Part shown: positions 48,987 to 57,134 of the stretch, in pieces
Layout of the letters: the number at the start of each line of letters is the position of its first letter
Numbering within the stretch: position 1 is the stretch's first letter
Assembly (NCBI GenBank): GCA_045655585.1
Contig: JAZOPO010000018.1
Location: 2,438 to 66,437 of the forward strand
Origin: Alistipes sp.
Lineage (GTDB): Bacteria > Bacteroidota > Bacteroidia > Bacteroidales > Rikenellaceae
Length of the DNA stretch: 64,000 nucleotides
Direction: 5' to 3'
Made by a program: the position numbers and the translations under genes
The notes under the pieces: model-generated
The model's database searches: none
Told to the model about the DNA's origin: nothing
What the model saw: only the letters and a program-made list of their open reading frames with translations

Positions 48987-49202
48987 GTCATTCCACATTT
49001 TCACATCTTGTGTCCTATCTGATACAAAGTCAGGTATAAGTGAAAATGGTTGGAATCTACCTTTGTTGAAACGGCAGTGCTGATACTGACTTTTCTTTAT
49101 ATGTATCAGGTAAGTTTTATCGTAAAAGGTAGATTGCCACAGATGTTTATATAAGCTGATGTAGTATCAGCAAGGAATTAAAATAAACATCTTCGCAATG
49201 AC
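48987..49202. repeat. Multi-arm palindromic element bounded by GTCATT..AATGAC
   Basis: Terminal inverted repeat plus three internal hairpin arms. Confidence 0.65.
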
Positions 49203-49243
49203 GAAGTTTTATATCTATTAATTTTTAATTATGAATTTTGAAT

Positions 49244-50167
49244 TTACAGCGTGCCCTCCACGGCGCGGATAAATATATCGTTCATGCTGGGCATAACCTC
49301 CCTGAACGAGCGCAACTCAACAGCATCGTTCACCGTGGCTATGCTCTCACGAACGGTAACGCCATCCTTTAATCTTATGCGCGACGAGGTGTAGGGCGTG
49401 TCGGTAACGGGCGCCGTACCAAGCAGGTCGGCCATAGGAGCCACCACGCTCTCAAACTGCTCTGCACCACCACGGTAGGTCACCTCAAAGACATTCTCGC
49501 CAAAGCGATGGCGCAACTCGTCCACCGAGCCTGAGAGTATGTTGCGTGACTTGTTTATGAGCGTTATGTGGTCGCAAATCACCCCCACGCTCGACATATT
49601 GTGGGTAGAGAAAATAACCGTTGCACCCTTGTCGCGCAGGCGCAAAATCTCCTGCTTCAACAGATTGGCATTTATGGGGTCAAAACCCGAGAAGGGCTCA
49701 TCGAAAATCAAGAGCTTAGGCTCGTGCAGGACGGTAGTGATGAACTGCACCTTCTGCGCCATACCCTTTGACAAATCCTCCACCTTGCGATTCCACCAGC
49801 TCTCTATGCCGAGGCGCACGAACCAATCTTTCAATCGCACCACAGCCTCACGGCGCGACAGACCCTTCAAGCGAGCGAAGAAGATAGCCTGCTCACCCAC
49901 CTTCATCTTCTTGTAGAGGCCACGCTCCTCGGGCAGGTAGCCTATGTTGTAGATGTCCTGATCGGTGATTTCATGGCCATCGAAGATAACACGCCCCGCA
50001 TCGGGCAGCGTAATGCGGTTGATGACACGGATAAGTGTAGTCTTACCCGCACCATTAGGCCCCAGCAGACCATATATCGCACCCTGAGGCACTTCGAGCG
50101 ACACATCGTTGAGCGCCGTATGAGCCGAGTAGCGTTTGGTTACATTCTCTATTTTCAGAAGTTCCAT
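49244..50167 (-). CDS. ABC transporter ATP-binding protein (YhaQ-like)
   Basis: GPNGAGKTT, LSKGMAQ, FDEPFSG, STH. Confidence 0.93.
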   Translation of the reverse strand: MELLKIENVTKRYSAHTALNDVSLEVPQGAIYGLLGPNGAGKTTLIRVINRITLPDAGRVIFDGHEITDQDIYNIGYLPEERGLYKKMKVGEQAIFFARLKGLSRREAVVRLKDWFVRLGIESWWNRKVEDLSKGMAQKVQFITTVLHEPKLLIFDEPFSGFDPINANLLKQEILRLRDKGATVIFSTHNMSSVGVICDHITLINKSRNILSGSVDELRHRFGENVFEVTYRGGAEQFESVVAPMADLLGTAPVTDTPYTSSRIRLKDGVTVRESIATVNDAVELRSFREVMPSMNDIFIRAVEGTL

Positions 50168-50313
50168 ATCTATAAGTAGTTTATTGCTTAGTGCATTAGT
50201 CGCCTAATATGTTGTAAAATTACAAAAATGAGCGAAAAAAAATTCATTTACCTCTATTTTTTTTGCCATCGGGTGGAAATGGAGTATATTTGACATAGAA
50301 AATAATAAACACT

Positions 50314-51096
50314 ATGAAACGACTTTTGATTTTTGCAGCACTGCTCTCGGCTGTTGCCTGCACAGAGAATAACGACAACCCCAAGACCGCAACCATCGAC
50401 TTCGAGGGTGCAGAGTGGAGCGCCATATCGGCGACAACGGCGGGCGTTAGCTACTCGTCGGACCTTGCAGCCAATGGCTACGAGTGGCACGATAGCGCGA
50501 CATCACTCTCATCGGTAGCCGTGGTGGATAACTCCTACGGCTCGGCATATATCCTTGGCGGCGTGTTGCTCTCGTCGTACAACTCTGCCGACATTACAAC
50601 CTATGGCGACTACTCGAAAGACCTCTACGCCTACAACGCAAATTCATCGTCTGCAACAAAGGGAGGCGGACGCAACGGCTCGGACGGCTTTGCCATCGTG
50701 GTGGGAAACTACAACGACTCGTCAATTAGCGACCATCTTCCCGAGATGCACTTTGCCGATGGCAAGGCACGCAAGGTTTTGGGATGCTATGTGAACTCAA
50801 CGACCTACTTCCTCAACATCGTAAAGAATGGTAACCCCTTCTCGCCTGCACTCAGCGAGGGCGAGGAGATTAAAATCTCGGCTACGGGCTACGACGCCGC
50901 GAACAGCAAGACTGCAACCGTGGAGATGACTCTCGCCCGTAAGGGAGAGTATATCACGCAGTGGAGAGCGTGGGACCTATCACAGCTGGGCGAGGTGGTG
51001 AGCATCAAGTTCGACATCACAGGAGGCCCTACAACCGAGTGGGGTATGACTACGCCAAAATATTTTGCAATAGATGATATTACCATAGAACTATAA
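50314..51096 (+). CDS. DUF4465 domain lipoprotein
   Basis: Lipobox AVAC; TIDFE, YVNSTTY, W..WDLSQLG.V, TPKYFAIDDI. Confidence 0.8.
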   Translation: MKRLLIFAALLSAVACTENNDNPKTATIDFEGAEWSAISATTAGVSYSSDLAANGYEWHDSATSLSSVAVVDNSYGSAYILGGVLLSSYNSADITTYGDYSKDLYAYNANSSSATKGGGRNGSDGFAIVVGNYNDSSISDHLPEMHFADGKARKVLGCYVNSTTYFLNIVKNGNPFSPALSEGEEIKISATGYDAANSKTATVEMTLARKGEYITQWRAWDLSQLGEVVSIKFDITGGPTTEWGMTTPKYFAIDDITIEL

Positions 51097-51135
51097 AGGA
51101 TTATCGCTAATAAGGAAGCTCGTTCTGCTCCTCTC

Positions 51136-51229
51136 GGCATACCCTGCGGCCACCAGCCGCATTTGCAAGTCTGACCCACCCCCACACCCCCGCCTCAGGC
51201 AGGGGCTTTGGTCGCCGCCGAGCGGCTCC
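51136..51229 (-). repeat. Dispersed structured repeat family B, copy 2
   Basis: Reverse complement aligns to 42580-42672. Confidence 0.8.
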
Positions 51230-51279
51230 AAATGTCGGAGAATAGAGCGTTACGCAAATAATTATAAACTAAAATTTAT

Positions 51280-52473
51280 ATGAGAAAACTCCTAACCCTC
51301 GCCATTGCGCTGACGGCAACACTCACCGCCTCGGCACAGTATATGAAGCTCGCGCCCAACTACAACCCCGATATGGCGCGCCAGACCTTGACTCACAACA
51401 AGGAGATACGCAAGGAGATTATCCTCCCGCAGGTGCGTGGCCTAAACATCTACAAGGCTGACCTCCATACACATACAATATTCTCGGATGCCCATGTAAC
51501 ACCCGAATACCGCGTGCAGGAGGCGTGGCTCGATGGCTTGGACGCTATCGCCATCACCGAGCACACCGAGTATCGTGGCTACGAGCAGACAATGATTGAC
51601 TTCCTGAGTGGCTACCTACCCGAGGGTACGGAGGCAGTGAATACCAACCTGCTGGACAAAGGTCCTGAGAAGGGTGGCATACAGGTCGATTTGAACCTCC
51701 CCACACGCCTTGCCGAGAAGACCGCCGAGCGTTACGGCATAGTTGTCGTGCCGGGTATGGAGATTTCGCGCACACCCGAGACCATTGGTCACTACAACGC
51801 CATCTTCACCAAGGACAACAACACCATCTACCACCCCGACTGCTACGAGGCGTTCCGCCGTGCTAAGGCGCAGGGTGCTTTGATTGTACACAACCACCCC
51901 GGCTGGCGTCGTCCGAGTATGGAGATAGGTCCCTTCGAGCAGAAGGCCTACGACGAGGGTTTGATTGACGGCATAGAGACCTTCAACAGTGCCGACCTCT
52001 ACCCGCAGGCTATCGACCGCGCAAAGAAGTACGGTTTCTTTATGGTGGGAGCTACCGACGCACATATCTCCACAGCACGCGACTACCTGATGCACACTCC
52101 TATTCGCAATATGACGCTTATTTTCGCCAAGGACAAGTCGCTCGAATCGTTGCGTCAGGCGCTGCTTGACGGCAATGCTATCGCCTACGGCTTCGGCACT
52201 CTGTCGGGCGAGGAGAGTCTGCTGAGTGATTTGTTCAAGGCCTCTGTGCAGACCCGCGTGGAGCGCACCGACGCCAAGGGTACACGCACCTTGGCGGTAA
52301 CAAATATTACCTCTATCAGTTATATCCTCCGCATCGAGGGCGACAACCCCTTTGAGCTAAAACCCTTCACAACAGCCACCGTGCAGGTTCCAGCGGGTGA
52401 GAAGCTACTGTTCTCGGTTGAGAATATGTGGTGTGGCGCCGAGGAGCACCCCGTAGTGGAGGTGGATTTTTAA
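51280..52473 (+). CDS. Secreted PHP-domain phosphoesterase (Sb-PDE-like), paralog 1
   Basis: Signal peptide; ADLHTHTIFSD, ITEH, GHYNA, NHPGW, TDAH. Confidence 0.85.
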   Translation: MRKLLTLAIALTATLTASAQYMKLAPNYNPDMARQTLTHNKEIRKEIILPQVRGLNIYKADLHTHTIFSDAHVTPEYRVQEAWLDGLDAIAITEHTEYRGYEQTMIDFLSGYLPEGTEAVNTNLLDKGPEKGGIQVDLNLPTRLAEKTAERYGIVVVPGMEISRTPETIGHYNAIFTKDNNTIYHPDCYEAFRRAKAQGALIVHNHPGWRRPSMEIGPFEQKAYDEGLIDGIETFNSADLYPQAIDRAKKYGFFMVGATDAHISTARDYLMHTPIRNMTLIFAKDKSLESLRQALLDGNAIAYGFGTLSGEESLLSDLFKASVQTRVERTDAKGTRTLAVTNITSISYILRIEGDNPFELKPFTTATVQVPAGEKLLFSVENMWCGAEEHPVVEVDF

Positions 52474-52547
52474 CCGCAGAGAGTTATTTATCCAAAAAAA
52501 TGCTATCTTTGTAAAAGGAATATGTAAAACCAAAAAACGATAAACCT

Positions 52548-53741
52548 ATGAAAAAACTTTTAACTCTGGCAGTGGCTTTGACCGCCACTATTTCGGCTTC
52601 GGCACAGCTCTATTACACCGATTCTGAAAATAAGGATATGTTGCGTTTCAACGAGCGCGAGGAGCGTCAGCGCGCAGAGATGGTATTGCCGCAGGTGCGT
52701 GGCTTCAACATCTACAAGGCCGACCTTCACAACCACACTATCTTCTCGGACGGTAGCGTAACGCCCGAGTTCCGCATCAAGGAGGCTTGGTACGACGGTC
52801 TGGATGTTATTGCCGTTACTGAGCATGTGGAGTATCGCCCCTACGAGGGCAAGATGCTCAACTTCCTCACAGGTTATGTACCCAAGGGTGTAAACAAGTC
52901 TGTAAACGCAAGCCTCATCAACAAGGCGGCCGACGATAAGGGTATCCTCACAGACCTTAACTTCCCCGTGAAGTTGTATCAGAACGCAGCCAAGGCTTAT
53001 GGCGTAACCGTTATCCCTGGTGCTGAGATTACACGCGACCCCAAGACCATCGGCCACTACAACGCCCTCTTTACCAAGGACAACAACGCAATCTACGACA
53101 AGGACCCCTTGTCATCTATCCGCAAGGCTAAGGCTCAGGGTGCTATCATTATGCAGAACCACCCCGGCTGGCGTCGTACAACGCTCGATATGATGGAGTT
53201 CGAGGAGAAAGTATATGCCGAGAATCTTATCGACGGTATCGAGATTATGAACAGCGACGAGTTCTACCCCCGCGCCATCACACGCGCCTTGAAGAACAAG
53301 TTCTTTATGTCGTCAAACACCGATATTCACGGCTCAACAGCTGAGGATTATGTTCTCGCAGGCAACGGCCACCGCAATATGACCTTCATCTTCGCTCAGG
53401 AGAACACCTTGGAGGCTTTGCGCGAGGCTTTGGAGGCTAAGCGCACATTGGCATACTCTCACGGCACATTGGCTGGTGAGGAGAGCCTTCTGAAAGACCT
53501 GTTCAAGGCTTCTATCTCTACAAAGGTTATCCAGACTGCTGCCAACGGCACAAAGACCATTCAGCTTACAAACAACTCATCTATCGAGTACCTGGTTCGC
53601 ATCGGCAACGCCAATCCCTTCTACATCAAGCCCTTCACATCGGTTCGCACAAGCGTAGCTAAGGGTGCAAAGCTTGCGTTGAAGGTTGAGAATATGTGGT
53701 GTGGCGAGGATGCTCACCCCGTAGTTGAGTGGGCGTTCTAA
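52548..53741 (+). CDS. Secreted PHP-domain phosphoesterase (Sb-PDE-like), paralog 2
   Basis: ADLHNHTIFSDG, VTEH, GHYNA, NHPGW, TDIH; own -7 box TATCTTTG at 52504-52511. Confidence 0.85.
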   Translation: MKKLLTLAVALTATISASAQLYYTDSENKDMLRFNEREERQRAEMVLPQVRGFNIYKADLHNHTIFSDGSVTPEFRIKEAWYDGLDVIAVTEHVEYRPYEGKMLNFLTGYVPKGVNKSVNASLINKAADDKGILTDLNFPVKLYQNAAKAYGVTVIPGAEITRDPKTIGHYNALFTKDNNAIYDKDPLSSIRKAKAQGAIIMQNHPGWRRTTLDMMEFEEKVYAENLIDGIEIMNSDEFYPRAITRALKNKFFMSSNTDIHGSTAEDYVLAGNGHRNMTFIFAQENTLEALREALEAKRTLAYSHGTLAGEESLLKDLFKASISTKVIQTAANGTKTIQLTNNSSIEYLVRIGNANPFYIKPFTSVRTSVAKGAKLALKVENMWCGEDAHPVVEWAF

Positions 53742-53760
53742 GCCTCGGAAACCGTTATAG

Positions 53761-53798
53761 AAAAATATGTTGCTCGCTTTGGGCAACATATTTTTTTT
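53761..53798 (+). terminator. Intrinsic terminator
   Basis: ATATGTTGCTC / GGGCAACATAT plus T-run. Confidence 0.7.
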
Positions 53799-53888
53799 GG
53801 AGAGGAGAGAGCAAAGATGAAAGATGAAAGAGATTTTTTGCATTTTGCATTTATATATGTATATTTGCACGATTAAAACATACTTACT

Positions 53889-54914
53889 ATGAAAGAGATG
53901 GTATTGGTTTCGGGTGGAGCTGGTTATATCGGTTCGCATACCGCCGTTGAGTTGATTAACGCTGGCTACGATGTAGTTGTTGCGGATAACCTCTCAAATT
54001 CAGATATGAGTGGCGTTGAGGGCGTGCGCAAAATCACAGGCGTAGATGTTCCCTTCGTCAATGTAGATTGCTGCGACAAGGAGGCCTTCCGCAAGGTTTT
54101 CGAGCAGTACAACTTCAACTCTGTAATCCACTTTGCAGCCTTCAAGGCTGTGGGTGAGTCGGTTACAGACCCTATGAAGTACTACCGCAACAACCTCGAT
54201 TCGTTTATGAATGTATTGGAGCTTATGCGCGAGTACAACCGTCCCAACATCGTCTTTTCATCATCGGCTACGGTATATGGCGAGGCTGACGAGTTGCCCG
54301 TAACGGAGCTCACACCCCGCAAGCCCGCAACATCGGCCTATGGCAACACCAAGCAGATGTGCGAGGATATTCTCCGCGACTCGGTTACGGCATACGACGG
54401 CTTGAAGGGTATTGCCTTGCGCTACTTCAACCCCATCGGTGCTCACCCCTCGGCTCTCATTGGCGAGTTGCCGCGTGGCGTGCCTCAGAACCTCGTTCCC
54501 TTCATCACGCAGACTGCCGCTGGCATACGCGAGTGCCTGAGCGTGTTTGGTGACGACTACGACACACCCGATGGCTCGTGCTTGCGCGACTATATCGATG
54601 TGGTGGATTTGGCCAAGGCGCATGTTGTGGCTATCACCCGTATGGTCGAGGATAAGAATAAGCAGAAGTATGAGATTTTCAATGTCGGCACAGGCAACGG
54701 TGTATCGGTATTGGAGTTGGTAAATAGCTTCGAGCGTGTAAACGAGTTGAAGCTCAACTATAAGATTGCACCCCGCCGCCCAGGCGATGTGGTGGCTATA
54801 TGGGCCGACACAACCCTTGCAAACGAGGAGCTGGGCTGGAAGGCTGAGCGTTCGTTGGACGACACACTGCGTTCGGCGTGGGCTTGGGAGAAAAATGTCA
54901 GAGGAATAAAATAA
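53889..54914 (+). CDS. galE: UDP-glucose 4-epimerase
   Basis: GGAGYIGSH, HFAAFKAVGES, SSSATVYG, YGNTK, LRYFNP. Confidence 0.96.
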   Translation: MKEMVLVSGGAGYIGSHTAVELINAGYDVVVADNLSNSDMSGVEGVRKITGVDVPFVNVDCCDKEAFRKVFEQYNFNSVIHFAAFKAVGESVTDPMKYYRNNLDSFMNVLELMREYNRPNIVFSSSATVYGEADELPVTELTPRKPATSAYGNTKQMCEDILRDSVTAYDGLKGIALRYFNPIGAHPSALIGELPRGVPQNLVPFITQTAAGIRECLSVFGDDYDTPDGSCLRDYIDVVDLAKAHVVAITRMVEDKNKQKYEIFNVGTGNGVSVLELVNSFERVNELKLNYKIAPRRPGDVVAIWADTTLANEELGWKAERSLDDTLRSAWAWEKNVRGIK

Positions 54915-54992
54915 AACTACACTCTCACTCGTTAGTGGTTCGTGCGCCTGCTGTGTGCGATGTGCTTCGAGGCTGGTGTAGAAGAAAAATAG

Positions 54993-55664
54993 ATGCAGAT
55001 GAAAAAGATTTTAATGCTGATGGTATTGGTGTTTATGTGCGGCGCGGTGGCCGAGGCACAGGATTACTACATACCCAAATACAAGAAAAAGAAGGAGGTA
55101 CGCGACTACAACCTTGAAACTGACAAGCGTAAGTGGACCATCTGGTTTGGTGGTGGCTACGATATGACTCTGGGCTTGCAGAACCGTATCGACTACAAGG
55201 ATTACAACGAGGTGGTAAACTACAACGGCAGACCGAGCTTCTCGGGTGGTGCTGTGAACTTGGGCTACGGCTACAAGTTGGGTCAGCACACCGTAGCTGG
55301 TGTGGAGAGTGGTTACCTCTATATCGACAAGATGAATATGGTACCTGTGAAGGGTACTTTGAAGGTGTACTACGGCCCCGTAACACGCCAGCACCGCACA
55401 CGCTGGTTTAACTACTTAGGCTTGGGAACACACCTCTATTTCAGCAAGGAGTACAAGCTCTTCGGCTCTGTTGCCGATGGTGGTGTAGGTATGCGTGTGC
55501 TGATGGGCAAGACCACAAAGGTTGACCTAATGCTCGGCTACCGCTGCACGATGCGTCGCCCCAACTTCGAGACTACGGGTAACTACGAGTTGGATTTGAA
55601 GAGAGTAAACTTCCAGCAGTATATGCACAGCATACACTTTGGTTTGAACTTTATCCTCTTCTAA
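54993..55664 (+). CDS. Small outer membrane beta-barrel protein
   Basis: Signal peptide; amphipathic beta strands; C-terminal Phe. Confidence 0.7.
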   Translation: MQMKKILMLMVLVFMCGAVAEAQDYYIPKYKKKKEVRDYNLETDKRKWTIWFGGGYDMTLGLQNRIDYKDYNEVVNYNGRPSFSGGAVNLGYGYKLGQHTVAGVESGYLYIDKMNMVPVKGTLKVYYGPVTRQHRTRWFNYLGLGTHLYFSKEYKLFGSVADGGVGMRVLMGKTTKVDLMLGYRCTMRRPNFETTGNYELDLKRVNFQQYMHSIHFGLNFILF

Positions 55665-55710
55665 TAGGCGCGAAGAGCGACCATCGAGATGCTAAATCTC
55701 ACATAATATG

Positions 55711-55740
55711 CGGATTGCCCCTGCGGGCAGTCCGTTTTTT
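55711..55740 (+). terminator. Intrinsic terminator
   Basis: CGGATTGCCC-ctgc-GGGCAGTCCG-TTTTTT. Confidence 0.8.
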
Positions 55741-55943
55741 AATGTCATATTATTTGGTTTTTACCTCTCTAAATATTACCTTTGCACCCGATTCAGGCAT
55801 AATGGGGCCGCAAGCCAAGGGCCGAGTGAGATTTGGAGGCAAGGAAGCAACCGTAATGGGGCTGAGATGTAACCAAAATCTAACAAGGCAAAGGCTGAGG
55901 TTGAGTAATGCCGTAGGTAATAACATTAAAACACAAAAAAATT

Positions 55944-56510
55944 ATGCAGACACTTGAAATTAAGGCAGCTAAGCGTGCCGATTTCGGTAAGAAGGCAGCT
56001 AAGGCTTGCCGTCGCGAGGGTCAGATTCCCTGTATTTTGTATGGTGGTGGTGAGGAGGTTGCTTTCACCGTTGACACTAAGGCTGTAAAGCCCCTTATCT
56101 ACACTCCCAACTCATACATCGTTGAGATTGAGATTGATGGCAAGGTTGAGAAGGCAGTAATGCGCGAGGTACAGTTCCACCCCGTTCGCGAGCAGATTCT
56201 CCACATCGACTTCTACCGCGTTCAGGAGAACAAGCCCGTAGCTATCGCTATCCCCGTACGCTTGACAGGTAACGCTGCCGGTGTTAAGGTTGGTGGTAAG
56301 TTGGCACAGTCAGCTCGTAAGCTCGTTGTTAAGGCTTTGGAGCAGAACTTGCCCGATGAGATTGTTGTTGACGTAACTCCTTTGAAGGTAGGTCAGACTA
56401 TCTTCGTTGGTGACTTGCAGTTCGAGAACCTTCAGTTCGTTACTCCTGCAACTACCGCAGTTTGCGCCGTTCGTGTAACTCGTGCAACTCGTGCAGCTCA
56501 GCAGCAGTAA
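55944..56510 (+). CDS. rplY: 50S ribosomal protein L25/Ctc
   Basis: GKKAAK..RREG.IPCILYGG, EVQFHPV...LHIDF, LPDEI.VDVT.L. Confidence 0.95.
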   Translation: MQTLEIKAAKRADFGKKAAKACRREGQIPCILYGGGEEVAFTVDTKAVKPLIYTPNSYIVEIEIDGKVEKAVMREVQFHPVREQILHIDFYRVQENKPVAIAIPVRLTGNAAGVKVGGKLAQSARKLVVKALEQNLPDEIVVDVTPLKVGQTIFVGDLQFENLQFVTPATTAVCAVRVTRATRAAQQQ

Positions 56511-56525
56511 TAACCCGAGCGAAGA

Positions 56526-57089
56526 ATGAAATATCTCGTTGTAGGATTGGGTAACATAGGTGCCGAGTACGCCGATACCCGTCACAACATCGGATTTAGA
56601 GTGTGGGATGCCTTAGCCGAGGCATCCAATATCTCTTTTATGGCGGGTCGTTATGGCTCAACAACCACGCTGCGCCACAAGGGCCGTCAGATTTTGCTGT
56701 TGAAGCCCTCGACATATATGAACCTCTCGGGTAAGGCGGTGCGTTACTGGATGGAGCAGGAGAAGATACCCATCGAGAACATACTCATCATATCGGACGA
56801 CATATCGCTACCCTTTGGTCAGCTGCGTATGCGCAAGAAGGGAAGCGCGGGAGGTCACAACGGCTTGAAGAATATCTCGGAGCTACTCGGCAGAGAGGAC
56901 TACGCCCGTATGCGCTTTGGCGTGGGTGGCGACTTCGCCCGCGGACACCAAGTGGATTATGTGCTTGGCGAGTGGACCGACGAGGAGCGCAAGGCTCTGC
57001 CCGAGCGATTGAAGATATTTGGCGATGCCATTCTCTCGTTCGCCTGCGTGGGAGCAGATATGACAATGAATACATTTAACAAAAAATAG
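56526..57089 (+). CDS. pth: Peptidyl-tRNA hydrolase
   Basis: [32 protein letters not shown]. Confidence 0.96.
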   Translation: MKYLVVGLGNIGAEYADTRHNIGFRVWDALAEASNISFMAGRYGSTTTLRHKGRQILLLKPSTYMNLSGKAVRYWMEQEKIPIENILIISDDISLPFGQLRMRKKGSAGGHNGLKNISELLGREDYARMRFGVGGDFARGHQVDYVLGEWTDEERKALPERLKIFGDAILSFACVGADMTMNTFNKK

Positions 57090-57118
57090 GTTGCCCATCT
57101 GGACAACCTATTTTTTTT
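57081..57118. terminator. Bidirectional terminator
   Basis: A6-TAGGTTGCCC / GGACAACCTA-T8 between convergent pth and M16 peptidase. Confidence 0.75.
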
Positions 57119-57134
57119 ACGCTTACTGCCTACC

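Noticed and set aside
49019-49170. CTGAT motifs considered as hammerhead ribozyme cores
   Set aside because: No CUGANGA plus GAAA core in the required arrangement
49575-49595. Atypical residues in conserved proteins (SSVGVICD here; KKELTRH..PTHRW in the AraC)
   Set aside because: Could be lineage variation or base-call errors; cannot be judged without reads or alignments
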